From contig NZ_JAGPVV010000347.1 in assembly GCF_018066915.1 (NCBI RefSeq), positions 1 to 55,787 of the forward strand: a DNA stretch of 55,787 nucleotides, in the 5' to 3' direction. This stretch comes from Roseovarius sp. (GTDB lineage Bacteria > Pseudomonadota > Alphaproteobacteria > Rhodobacterales > Rhodobacteraceae). Shown here piece after piece: positions 9,841-19,550 of the stretch. The notes beneath the pieces are model-generated. The model made no database searches, was not told the DNA's origin, and was given only the letters and a program-made list of their open reading frames with translations. Position numbers and translations under genes: made by a program. Position 1 is the first letter of the stretch. The number at the start of each line of letters is the position of its first letter.

Positions 9841-10036
9841 CGTCTTCCGACTGGCCCCGAACGCGGATCTCACAGACCCTTGGGGACGGCGCGCGCGGCT
9901 GCGGTGTGGACCCGGCAGGGCTCGACTAGGCGGTAGGGCTGACCGCACTGCGCCGCGCGCTGGGCTTGCCAACCACTTGGTGTCCTTGTGCCGTGCAGGA
10001 CCAATCACCCGCCTTCCCCCCGCGGTCGAGGCGGCT

Positions 10037-10050
10037 TTGCGCTCGATCAA
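10037..10050 (+). promoter_or_regulatory. FNR/FixK-like box upstream of phaC
   Basis: TTGCG-CTCG-ATCAA versus consensus TTGAT-N4-ATCAA; TATGCT at 10072-10077 sits where a class II -10 element is expected. Confidence 0.55.
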
Positions 10051-10169
10051 GGCGCGCTCTGCCGTCCTCTCTATGCTCAATGCTGTGTTCCGAGTCGTGG
10101 CCAATTCCGGTCGTAACCAAGCAAGGCCGCAGGGCGCTGCGCCTCTGCCCATGATCCGAGGGACGATAA

Positions 10170-11993
10170 ATGACCAAAGCACCGCACCGTATCGCAACAA
10201 CAGTGCCAAGGCGGCCGGTCCCCCGTCGCCCCTCCGTGACCGCCCCCGTGACACCGCCACGACCAGAATCCGCGCCCGTGCATCCGCACCAGACCCTCGA
10301 CCGCGCCGCGCGCGCCACGCAGGCCCGGCACAGTGCCGGGGTCTCGCCCCATTCCTTCATCGAGGCTTGGGCAGACTGGGCCCAACACATGAGCCAGGCT
10401 CCGGGCCGCCAACTGGAACTGATCGAGCGCGCGCAGCGCAACGCGCTCATGCTGATGACGCAGATGGCAGGCCCCAAGACCGACGCGGCCCCGCCCTTTG
10501 CACCGAGGCCCTTCGATCACCGGTTCCGCCACAAAGGCTGGCAGAAACAGCCCTTCCACCTCTGGCAGCAGGCTTTCCTTGCCACGCAGGACTGGTGGGA
10601 TTTTGCAACCGAGCCTCTGCGCGGCCTTCGCCCCGAAAACGCAGAGCGAACCCGGTTCATGGTCCGACAGGCGCTCGACGTCGTGTCTCCGTCGAACTTC
10701 CCTCTGCTGAACCCGGAAATCCTCGCGGCCACGATCCGCTCCGGCGGGCGGAACCTGACCGAGGGGGCCGTCAATGCCGCACATGATGCCCTCAAGACCG
10801 TGACACAAGCCCGTGATCCGGTGCCAGAAGGCTACCGCCTCGGGCAGGATCTTGCCTGCACGCCGGGCCAGGTGGTGTTCCGCAATGACCTCTTCGAACT
10901 GATCCAATATGCGCCGCAGACCAAAGAGGTGCGGTCCGAGCCGATCCTGATCGTTCCGGCCTGGATCATGAAATACTACATCCTCGACCTCTCGCCGCAG
11001 AATTCGATGGTGAACTATCTCGTGCGTCAGGGTTTCACGGTCTTCGTGATCTCGTGGTGCAATCCCACCGCCGCGCAAGCGGAGCTCGCGCTCGAGGATT
11101 ACCGCACCGACGGGGTGATGGCGGCGCTCGGTGCCGTGAACGCCATCGTGCCAGACCAAAAGGTGCACGCCGTGGGCTATTGTCTGGGCGGCACGATCCT
11201 CGCTATCGCAGCCGCCACCATGGCGCGCGACCGCGACGACCGGCTGGCCTCGATCACGCTGATGGCGGCTCAGGTCGATTTTGCCGAAGCGGGCGAACTG
11301 CTCCTCTTCGTCGATGAAAGCCAGGTGGCCTTTCTCGAGGACATGATGTGGGATCAAGGCTATCTCGACCGGCCCCAGATGGCGCGCACGTTTTCGGCGA
11401 TCCGGTCCGAAGACCTGATCTGGTCGCGGGCCGTGCAGCGTTATTTCCTGGGCAAGGAGGATACACCCACCGACATGGGCGTGTGGCTGGCCGACACGAC
11501 GCGGATGCCCGCGCGGATGCATTCGCAATACCTCCGGGGGCTGTTTCTTGAAAACCGCCTGACCGCCGGGCGCTTTGCCGTCGAGGGACAGGTGATCGCG
11601 CTCAAGGACATTTCCGCACCGATCTTTGCCGTTGCCACCGAAACCGACCACATCGCGCCCTGGCGCTCGGTGTACAAGACCCAACTCTTCACCAATTGCG
11701 ACCTTACCTTTGTTCTGACCAGCGGTGGCCACAACAGCGGTATCGTCAACGAGCCGGGCAATCCGCGCAGCCGTTTCCGTGTCTCGCATCGACCGACAGG
11801 GGCGCTCTATGTCGGGCCGGATGCGTGGTTAGAGCGCAATGCCGACCGGCAGGGATCGTGGTGGCCTGAATGGGCAGACTGGCTTGCGGGCAAAAGCAGC
11901 GGCACGCAGCCCAGCCCCAAGGCGCTCGGGGCTGCCGCACGCGGGCTCCCTCCGATCGAGGCAGCACCCGGCTCCTATGTGCATCAGATGTAG
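10170..11993 (+). CDS. phaC: Class I polyhydroxyalkanoate synthase (PhaC2-like)
   Basis: SPSNF...NP, PAWIMKYYILDL, lipase box GYCLGG, DHIAPW, SGGHNSGI, GSWWPEW, APGSYV. Confidence 0.93.
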   Translation: MTKAPHRIATTVPRRPVPRRPSVTAPVTPPRPESAPVHPHQTLDRAARATQARHSAGVSPHSFIEAWADWAQHMSQAPGRQLELIERAQRNALMLMTQMAGPKTDAAPPFAPRPFDHRFRHKGWQKQPFHLWQQAFLATQDWWDFATEPLRGLRPENAERTRFMVRQALDVVSPSNFPLLNPEILAATIRSGGRNLTEGAVNAAHDALKTVTQARDPVPEGYRLGQDLACTPGQVVFRNDLFELIQYAPQTKEVRSEPILIVPAWIMKYYILDLSPQNSMVNYLVRQGFTVFVISWCNPTAAQAELALEDYRTDGVMAALGAVNAIVPDQKVHAVGYCLGGTILAIAAATMARDRDDRLASITLMAAQVDFAEAGELLLFVDESQVAFLEDMMWDQGYLDRPQMARTFSAIRSEDLIWSRAVQRYFLGKEDTPTDMGVWLADTTRMPARMHSQYLRGLFLENRLTAGRFAVEGQVIALKDISAPIFAVATETDHIAPWRSVYKTQLFTNCDLTFVLTSGGHNSGIVNEPGNPRSRFRVSHRPTGALYVGPDAWLERNADRQGSWWPEWADWLAGKSSGTQPSPKALGAAARGLPPIEAAPGSYVHQM

Positions 11994-12029
11994 GCGCGAT
12001 AGCCCAGAGCACTTTGTCGCCCGCTCGCC

Positions 12030-12977
12030 TCAGATCGGCGGTGCGGCGCGTTCGGTGATCAACTGGCGGGCGGTCACGCGCTCTCGGTGGATCATGTAGA
12101 GGCCCGCGCCGATGATGATGGCGATGCCCGTGAGGGTCAGCGCGTTGGGGAAATCTCCAAACACCAGATAGCCCAGCAATGTCGCCACCGGCAGTTCCAG
12201 ATATTGCAGCGGTGCCAGCGTGGCCGAGGGTGCCAGCGACAGCGCATAGGTCATCATCATGTGGCTCAGCGTCGCAAAGAACCCGACCCCCAGCAACCAG
12301 AGCCATGCGATACCGTCCGGCCAGACCGGATCGAGCATGTCGATCCCCGTGCCCTCTGCTAGGATCATCACCGGCAGGCAGAGCAGGCTGGCAATCAGGC
12401 CCGTATGAAACTGCAATGTGACCGGATGCACCCGCCGCGACAGCCCGCGTGTGACGAGGATGTAGAACGCAAACCCCACCGCGGTCCCGAGCGGAAAGAG
12501 CGCCACCGCACCAAAGGCCGCGAAACTGGGCTGGATCACGAAAAGGACGCCGACAAAGCCCACCAGTGCCGCGCCCACGCGGCGCGGGCCGACATCCTCG
12601 CCCAAATAGAACTTGCCCACCAAGAGCACGATGAACGGGGCCACAAAGACGATCGCCAGCGCATCGGCCAGCGGCATGACCCGGATTGCGGCGATAAAGC
12701 AGAAGGTTGCGCCAAAGAGCAGCACCGCGCGCGCCAAAAGCGCCAACCATTGCGCGCGCGGCACGCGCACCGACAGCCCCATGATCCAGACAAACGGGGC
12801 CATCAGCGCGCATTGCACGATGAACCGCGCGGCGGTGATCTGGCCCACGGGAACGCTGGTCGATGCCAGCTTGGCCGCCACATCCAGCAAGGGAGCGGTC
12901 ACGCAAAACCCCAGCATCAGGGCAACCCCGGCAAGAATGCGGTCGGTCGACGGAGAGGCAGAGGCAACGCGTGTCAT
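12030..12977 (-). CDS. DMT/EamA family transporter
   Basis: About ten hydrophobic segments, LGEDVGPRR, LAPLQYLEL motifs. Confidence 0.88.
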   Translation of the reverse strand: MTRVASASPSTDRILAGVALMLGFCVTAPLLDVAAKLASTSVPVGQITAARFIVQCALMAPFVWIMGLSVRVPRAQWLALLARAVLLFGATFCFIAAIRVMPLADALAIVFVAPFIVLLVGKFYLGEDVGPRRVGAALVGFVGVLFVIQPSFAAFGAVALFPLGTAVGFAFYILVTRGLSRRVHPVTLQFHTGLIASLLCLPVMILAEGTGIDMLDPVWPDGIAWLWLLGVGFFATLSHMMMTYALSLAPSATLAPLQYLELPVATLLGYLVFGDFPNALTLTGIAIIIGAGLYMIHRERVTARQLITERAAPPI

Positions 12978-13147
12978 GCCCCCGCATAGGATGTCCCCCC
13001 GACCGCGTCTATCCCCTTTGCGACGCATCGCGGCCCCCAAGACAAGCGCCATAGCCCCTCACAGCAGGACCCTAGACATTGTTCCGGCAGAGATTACCAT
13101 GCAGCCATCCTCATTCCACACCATCCTCATCCCACAAGGAGATTGCC

Positions 13148-14470
13148 ATGGCCGACGGAAGCCCCGACCTCACCACCGCACGGCGCAGCGTTGTCGTCAG
13201 CGGCTTTACCAACAGCGTGCTTGATCCAGAGGCCCCGATGCTAGGGCCCGTCGAGAATGGCGGCACGATCATTGCCAACACCGCCCCCGGATGCTGGGGG
13301 CCGATGATCACACCACGGTTGCGCGGCGGTCACGAGGTGACGCAGCCTGTGGCGGTGGCGGGTGCCGAAGTGGGCGATGCGGTGGCGATCCGGATACGGG
13401 ATGTGACCGTGACCTCGATTGCCACGGCCTCGGGGCATGACAGCTCGCCCGAGGGGTTTTGTCTTGGCGATCCCTATGTGGCGGCGCGCTGCCCCGTGTG
13501 TGATACGGTCTGGCCCGAAACCCATGTCGAGGGGATCGGTCAGGACTGCGTGAAATGTGACACCTGCGGCAATGCGGTGACGCCGTTCGAGATTGTCCAC
13601 GGCTATACCGTCACCTTTGACGATACGCGCACCGTCGGCCTGACCCTGCCAGAGGCGGCGGCGGACAGGATTGCCCAGAACCCCAACCACTATGCCGCCC
13701 TGCCGGATGCAAGCCGTCAACATTCGATCCTGAGCTATGCGCCCCATGACATGCCGGGTGCTATGGTCCGGATGCGGCCCTTTCTGGGTCAACTTGGGAC
13801 TTGCCCGTCGATGGCCATGCCCGACAGCCATAATGCGGGGGATTTCGGCGCGTTCCTTGTCGGCGCGCCCCATGCCTATGCGATCACCTCTGAACAACTG
13901 GCCGAGCACAAGACCGATGGACATATGGATATCGACGCGGTGCGACCGGGGGCGATCCTGATTGCGCCGGTCAAGGTCAAAGGCGCGGGCGTCTACATGG
14001 GCGATATGCACGCGGCACAGGGCGACGGTGAAATCGCGGGTCACACCATGGATGTTTCAGGCAGCGTGACGCTTCAGGTGGAGGTGGTCAAAAACTATCC
14101 GATCGACGGCCCAGTGCTCTTTCCGCTGCTCGAAGACCTGCCGCCGCTGGCCAAACCCTTTAGCGCCGACGAGCGCGCAAAGGCGCAGCGTCTGGCCAAC
14201 CAGTGGTCGGTTGCCGAAATCGAGACTGTTGCGCCTATCTCGGTCATCGGCACCGCCGCCAATCTCAATGACGCAATCACCAACGGGTTGGAGCGGGCGG
14301 CAAAACTGCTCGGCATGACCGTCGCCGAAGTGCGCAACCGCGCGACAATCAACGGCGCAATCGAGATCGGGCGCGCGCCGGGGGTCATTCAGGTGACATT
14401 CCTTGCCCCCCTGTCCCGGCTTGATGCCGTGGGCTTGGGTCACTACGCGCGCGAACAGTATAACCTCTGA
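13148..14470 (+). CDS. Acetamidase/formamidase family protein
   Basis: GGHEVTQPV, DGHMDID, GDMHAAQGDGEIAG motifs; CxxC..CxxC insert; RBS AAGGAG. Confidence 0.88.
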   Translation: MADGSPDLTTARRSVVVSGFTNSVLDPEAPMLGPVENGGTIIANTAPGCWGPMITPRLRGGHEVTQPVAVAGAEVGDAVAIRIRDVTVTSIATASGHDSSPEGFCLGDPYVAARCPVCDTVWPETHVEGIGQDCVKCDTCGNAVTPFEIVHGYTVTFDDTRTVGLTLPEAAADRIAQNPNHYAALPDASRQHSILSYAPHDMPGAMVRMRPFLGQLGTCPSMAMPDSHNAGDFGAFLVGAPHAYAITSEQLAEHKTDGHMDIDAVRPGAILIAPVKVKGAGVYMGDMHAAQGDGEIAGHTMDVSGSVTLQVEVVKNYPIDGPVLFPLLEDLPPLAKPFSADERAKAQRLANQWSVAEIETVAPISVIGTAANLNDAITNGLERAAKLLGMTVAEVRNRATINGAIEIGRAPGVIQVTFLAPLSRLDAVGLGHYAREQYNL

Positions 14471-14528
14471 GCCACTGGGTTGGGGGCACCGTCCCCCAAC
14501 CTGACCAGCGCCGCGCGGCCCCTTTGGT

Positions 14529-14768
14529 CTAGAGCTTGCTGTGCGTCCCGTCGCAGAGCGGCGCCTTGCCGCTGTGCTTGCACCCGCAAAAGAACACCCG
14601 CTTGCTCGTGTCGGCGGTGTATTTCACCGGGGCAAACCCTGTGTCCTTGTGGCTCCCATCGCAAAAAGGCTGCTTGCTGCTCTTGCCACAGGCGCACCAG
14701 AAATAGGTTTTGCCCTCTTCGACCTCGACAGGGTAGGGCGCCTTTTGTGCGATAACGGGGTCTGCCAT
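14529..14768 (-). CDS. CDGSH iron-sulfur domain protein (two CDGSH-type motifs)
   Basis: WCACGKSSKQPFCDGSH and FCGCKHSGKAPLCDGTH; 79 aa from ATG 14768. Confidence 0.92.
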   Translation of the reverse strand: MADPVIAQKAPYPVEVEEGKTYFWCACGKSSKQPFCDGSHKDTGFAPVKYTADTSKRVFFCGCKHSGKAPLCDGTHSKL

Positions 14769-14932
14769 GTGATCTGCTCCTGTGTTGGACCTTGCGCGTA
14801 GATAGCACGGTCCCGGCCCTGATCCAGCGCGCCGCGCGCGCAGAGGCCATGGGGAACTAGCGTTTGACATCCCCCCCCTCGCCAGTAAGGTTCCCCAACG
14901 CAACGGTTTTCCAAGGTCACGAAGCTCTCAAG

Positions 14933-15625
14933 ATGACATCTTCTCGCGCGATTGCAGTCTTGGGCATGCACCGGAGTGGCACCAGCACTCTTGCCGGGAC
15001 GCTCCGCGCGGCGGGGGTGGAATTTGGCGCGGTGCTTGACAAGACCTTTCGTCTCAACCCCAAGGGCCTGCACGAGGCCCCCTCAATTCTCTTCATGCAT
15101 CAGGACCTTCTGGAAACCAATCAGGGCGATTGGCATGATCCCCCCGCCGAGGTCGTGTGGGGCAAACTGCATTCTGCCGTGCGCGATCTCTTCATCGAGT
15201 CGCGGGCAGGGGTGCCGGTTTGGGGCTTCAAGGACCCGCGCACCCTGCTGACCCTCGAGGGGTGGTTCGAGGTGCTGCCAGACCTCGCATGTGCGGGCAT
15301 ATTCCGGCATCCGGCCGAGGTCGCGCTGTCCCTGTCCCAACGCAATCAGTTCCCGCTAGACAAGTGTTTCGAGATCTGGCGCGTCTACAACGAACGGCTT
15401 TTGACGTTCCAGCAGCAGCGCGGCTTTCCGGTCATGGAATTCGTCGGCGATGCCGCGCGCATGAGGCGGTCCTTTACACAAATGCTGGAACAACTGGACC
15501 TGCCTGCCGGGGCCGAGGCGCTGTCCTTTTACGAACCCGAGCACAAGCATCACGACCGTCCCGACCTCGACCTGCCAGCGCCGGTTGCCGCCCTCTATCG
15601 ACACCTGCAAGATGTGGCGCTCTGA
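14933..15625 (+). CDS. Sulfotransferase family protein
   Basis: PAPS-binding loop VLGMHRSGTS, WGFKDPRT, RHPAEVALSL. Confidence 0.85.
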   Translation: MTSSRAIAVLGMHRSGTSTLAGTLRAAGVEFGAVLDKTFRLNPKGLHEAPSILFMHQDLLETNQGDWHDPPAEVVWGKLHSAVRDLFIESRAGVPVWGFKDPRTLLTLEGWFEVLPDLACAGIFRHPAEVALSLSQRNQFPLDKCFEIWRVYNERLLTFQQQRGFPVMEFVGDAARMRRSFTQMLEQLDLPAGAEALSFYEPEHKHHDRPDLDLPAPVAALYRHLQDVAL

Positions 15626-16586
15626 CCCCGTGTTCCGCGCACATTCGACCCGGCTTTTCCCCAAGGGACAAGGTGCCGACGCCTATGAGATCACCGGCAT
15701 AGCCTCCTGCTGCGATTGGGTTCTTTTGACCGACCGGGCCGCGCCGCGGGCGCATCTTGTCCGCCGGGTGCAGACAGACCAGCCGCGCCACATCTTTCTC
15801 TCGATGCGGTCGCCCTTCACGGCCATTCCCCATTTCGCCCGCCATGTGCTGCCCATGCTCACCGCGCCTTTCGTTCTGGTCAGCGGCTCCGAGGACGCCA
15901 CGGTGCCTGTCCAGATGGATCAACGCTGGCGCCGCTTTGATGCCTCTGAACAAGAGGCGATCCAACAGGTTCTCGACCATCCGCTGCTCTTGCATTGGGT
16001 CGCCGAGAACCTCGATTCCGCCAGCCATCCCAAGCTGCGACCGATCCCCGTCGGCATGGTCTACAACGCCGAACCCAAGATCCGCGACAGCACCGCATGC
16101 CCGACTGTGCCGCCCACAGCCACCCGCCCTTTGCGGGTTCTCTGCGCGCACCGGACCCGCCCCGGACCACAATGGGACAGACGCAAGCATGTCACTGAAT
16201 TGGCGCAGACCTGCTGGGACAGTTGGTGCACGATCATCCAAGAGGACATCTCGGAGTCCGACTTTCTCGCACTCCTGACGCAGCACGCCTTCGTGCTCTG
16301 CGTCGAAGGGGGCGGTCTCGACCCCTCGCCCAAGGCATGGCAGGCGGTGTTGCACGGCACCATCCCGATTGTGCGACAAACCGCGCTCGCCCCGGCTTAT
16401 CAGCGCTTGCCGGTGGCCTTCGTCGCGGAATGGACCCCAGACGCGCTTGACCCGGCGCGATTACACGCGTGGCTGACCGATCTCGCGCCGCATCACGACA
16501 ATGCAGACCGCCGCAAAGAGGTGCTGCACAGGCTCAGTCTCGAGTATTGGTGGGACTATATCACCGACCTCGCCCGCCCCGCGTGA
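15612..16586 (+). CDS. Hypothetical protein, exostosin/GT47-like glycosyltransferase fold
   Basis: C-terminal FVLCVEGGGLDPSPKAWQAVLHGTIPIV resembles the GT47 F.L.P.G.G......WEAL..G.IP.V motif. Confidence 0.6.
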   Translation: MWRSDPVFRAHSTRLFPKGQGADAYEITGIASCCDWVLLTDRAAPRAHLVRRVQTDQPRHIFLSMRSPFTAIPHFARHVLPMLTAPFVLVSGSEDATVPVQMDQRWRRFDASEQEAIQQVLDHPLLLHWVAENLDSASHPKLRPIPVGMVYNAEPKIRDSTACPTVPPTATRPLRVLCAHRTRPGPQWDRRKHVTELAQTCWDSWCTIIQEDISESDFLALLTQHAFVLCVEGGGLDPSPKAWQAVLHGTIPIVRQTALAPAYQRLPVAFVAEWTPDALDPARLHAWLTDLAPHHDNADRRKEVLHRLSLEYWWDYITDLARPA

Positions 16587-16717
16587 CCTCTCGCGCCAAG
16601 GAACAAGCCCCGGCTGCGGTCTGCGGCAAACATATCCGTTTGAGAGTGGCAATCGGGATTGTGCGAGGGCGAAGCCTTTTCTATGAAAGGCCAATCACGA
16701 AACCGAGAGGAAGCGCG

Positions 16718-17671
16718 ATGCAAACAGAGCCTCGACGTTTCCTGATTGCCAGCCACGGATGGAGCGGAAGCTATTGGTTGGCGCATGTGTTGCATGGTCT
16801 GCCGGGAATTGCCTGCGTTCATTCCAGCGCAGCCTTGCCCGCCGCAGAGGATGATCCCTATGCGATTGACGCAATCCTGTCTCAGGGCACGCTAGACGAC
16901 GTTTATGCCCGTCTTGGCGTCCTGCGCGCAGGATATCTTGACCGCGCCACGCGGCAGCCCTCCACGCTCTGCCAAGAGGTCGCGGCAGGCTTTCCAGAGG
17001 CGCGGCTCGTCGGGTCCGTGCATACCTTCAGGATGCGGGATTTGCCCCGGTCCTTCGCGGATCTGGGGCCAAAGGGCGCGGGCATTTCCGTGGCCAACCT
17101 ATTGCGTCACCCTGTGTCCTTGGTGCGCTCCGGCTACGGACAGTTTCGCGACAGCATGGCGATTGATCTCAACGAACACGCGTGGATCGCCCGCCGCGTG
17201 GCCGAAACGGACCTGCCCGCGTTCGAGCGCATTTCGGCCCGCCATGGGGTGCGGCCCGGCGCCTTCGACGCGCTCTGTTTTCTGGGGGCCTGCTGCACCC
17301 TTGGCGGGCTCGCCGAGGATTTTCGCGCCGCCCGCGCGCTAGAAGACGACGGGCGCGCCGCATGGCTGGGTCACATTCTCATGGAGCGGATGATTGCCGA
17401 CACGGGCTATCTCGCCCACTGGATCGAGCGGCTCAACGACGGTCCTATGCCCTTGACCACCGGCGCTCTGGACACGTCGGTCCTCGCAGGACGCCGCAAT
17501 CGCCACAATCATGAGGCAGGGGCCGAAACCCCAGACCGGGTTTTTGCAGAGTGGTCCGATTGGCAGCGCGCCATCTTCGTTCATTGCCTAGATCACTTCG
17601 GATTGCGCGCGCCCTATGCGGCGGTCGGATATGATCTGTCGATGCTACCGCCGCCAATGGACGCGCAATGA
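16718..17671 (+). CDS. Hypothetical protein, sulfotransferase-like P-loop fold
   Basis: FLIASHGWSGSYWL and LLRHPVSLVRSG match the 5'PSB and 3'PB spacing of sulfotransferases. Confidence 0.55.
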   Translation: MQTEPRRFLIASHGWSGSYWLAHVLHGLPGIACVHSSAALPAAEDDPYAIDAILSQGTLDDVYARLGVLRAGYLDRATRQPSTLCQEVAAGFPEARLVGSVHTFRMRDLPRSFADLGPKGAGISVANLLRHPVSLVRSGYGQFRDSMAIDLNEHAWIARRVAETDLPAFERISARHGVRPGAFDALCFLGACCTLGGLAEDFRAARALEDDGRAAWLGHILMERMIADTGYLAHWIERLNDGPMPLTTGALDTSVLAGRRNRHNHEAGAETPDRVFAEWSDWQRAIFVHCLDHFGLRAPYAAVGYDLSMLPPPMDAQ

Positions 17672-18579
17672 ACGTCGTCATCGCGCTGCTCGTCGGCAAT
17701 GAGGCCGAACTGATCGAGGCGCAGATCGCGTATCATCTGGATCTTGGCGTTGTCGGAATGGTCATCGCCGACCTGAACTCGCTGGATGGGACAGCCGAAC
17801 GCCTTGCGCCCTACGCGACCGACCCTCGGTTGGTGATCCGCCGGTTCGAAGAGGACAGCCTCATCTCTGCCCAAGGCATGCGCATGTCCGAGGTCTGGGC
17901 CTGGACGCTCGACGCAGCGCGCAGCCATTTTGCGCCCGATTGGGTGGTGCGGCTGGATGCCGACGAATTCCTGATGCCGCAAACCCCCGATCTCGCGCAG
18001 GCCTTTGCCGCCCATGACACTCACATCGCGACACGTATTCCGCGCCACAATGCGGTGTTCGAGGCAGGCCCGCCAGAGGTCTTTGCCGGTTCCCGGAGCT
18101 ACGCCGATCTGGCGGCCCAAGTCATTGTCAAAACACCGCTTTCCTCCGATGCCGCGCGCGCCGGTGCGCAGGATGCCTGCCCCCTTATCCTGACCCGGAT
18201 TCAGCCCAAGGTCGCGGTTCGGCCCGACGCTGTTGGCAATTTCACAACCGGCGGCCACGGTGCCGTTCACGCGAATGGCACGGCGCTGAAAATTCCGACC
18301 TCCCGGTCGCTCGCCATCGTGCATTACTGGTTCACCACGCTTGGCCGCTTTCAACGCAAATCCTCGTTTCTTCTGGAGTTTGAAGAGCGTTATCGCCGGT
18401 TCATGCCGGAAAAGGCCGGGTGGAAATGGTCGCATTGGGCGCGGGTCGCCGCCGAGGGGCCAGCGGCCGTCGTGGCGGAATTCGCCCGGCAGTTCCCCGA
18501 TCCCGAGACCTGCGCCCAGTTGCGCCGCGATGGGATCATCGGCCCCGCAGCCCAACTCTGGAGCGACCCGAATGCCTGA
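17668..18579 (+). CDS. Glycosyltransferase family 2 protein
   Basis: NEAELIE..IAYHL, D..S.DGT, WVVRLDADEFL (DxD); ATGA overlap with upstream gene. Confidence 0.85.
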   Translation: MNVVIALLVGNEAELIEAQIAYHLDLGVVGMVIADLNSLDGTAERLAPYATDPRLVIRRFEEDSLISAQGMRMSEVWAWTLDAARSHFAPDWVVRLDADEFLMPQTPDLAQAFAAHDTHIATRIPRHNAVFEAGPPEVFAGSRSYADLAAQVIVKTPLSSDAARAGAQDACPLILTRIQPKVAVRPDAVGNFTTGGHGAVHANGTALKIPTSRSLAIVHYWFTTLGRFQRKSSFLLEFEERYRRFMPEKAGWKWSHWARVAAEGPAAVVAEFARQFPDPETCAQLRRDGIIGPAAQLWSDPNA

Positions 18580-19540
18580 GCCTTGGACCCGCCGTGGCCG
18601 ATTGCTGATGCCCGAGGACCTACCGGGCAACCACCGGCTGTTGCAGATGCCGTTTTGCTGGGAATTGGCAAACGGGCTCTTGCGCATCGCGGTCTCTGCA
18701 CGCGATGCGCAGAACCGGGCGCATGTCTTCTCCTTTGATGCCGATCCCGAGGACGACATGCGCATCCATCGCGTCGATCCTGCGCCGATCTATAGCCCAG
18801 ACAGATTTCCCGGCGCCACCAGCGTGGGCTTGTCGTGTGTGCTGCGCGATACCGACGGGCAAATGCGGGCCTTTGGCGGTGCGCTGTGGCTGACGCCGCC
18901 CAATTACCAGATTTCCATCTTCACCTGCACTTCAGACGATGACGGGCAGAGCTTTTCCGACCCGGTTATCGTATTGCCAGCATCCCGGAACCGGGGTTTG
19001 CCGGTGCTTTCGGGTTGCGTCCGGCGCGAGGGGCCGCTCTGGCGCATGTGGTATACCGCCTTCGAAGAGTGGAGACCGCGCCCCGGTCAGGACCCGGATG
19101 CGCGATATTGCATCCGCCACGCCACCTCGCAGGATGGTCTGCAATGGGCGCAGGACGTGGGGTTTGCTCTTGCACGCCGCTCCGACGCCGAGGCCGGAAT
19201 CATCAGCCCGACGGTGATTTCGGACAAGCACGGCTATGAAATGTGGTGCAGCCTGCGTGGCCCCTACAGCGATGCCAACCCGCAGTTGCGCCGCTATCGG
19301 CTGATCCGGGCAACATCGGAGAACGGCGAACGCTTTGCGATGGATACGCAGGCCCGCGTCTTTGGCAATCCTCCGGTCCCCGGTGATTGGGACCATGACA
19401 TGCAATGTTATCCTCACCTGTTGCGCGCAGGGAACCGCCCCGATATCCTGCTCTATGTAGGTAATGGATATGGGGCCGCAGGTGTGGGTTGGGCATCCCG
19501 TCCGGCAGGGTCTTCCGACACATATCAACCGTTGCCTTAA
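18572..19540 (+). CDS. Beta-propeller glycosidase-like protein (GH32/GH43/GH130-like)
   Basis: W.RRG start, WRMWY, IRHATSQDGLQW, WDHDMQCYP, YVGNGYGAAGVG; this family usually sits beside DegT/WbqC genes. Confidence 0.65.
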   Translation: MPEPWTRRGRLLMPEDLPGNHRLLQMPFCWELANGLLRIAVSARDAQNRAHVFSFDADPEDDMRIHRVDPAPIYSPDRFPGATSVGLSCVLRDTDGQMRAFGGALWLTPPNYQISIFTCTSDDDGQSFSDPVIVLPASRNRGLPVLSGCVRREGPLWRMWYTAFEEWRPRPGQDPDARYCIRHATSQDGLQWAQDVGFALARRSDAEAGIISPTVISDKHGYEMWCSLRGPYSDANPQLRRYRLIRATSENGERFAMDTQARVFGNPPVPGDWDHDMQCYPHLLRAGNRPDILLYVGNGYGAAGVGWASRPAGSSDTYQPLP

Positions 19541-19550
19541 AGGTCACTGA

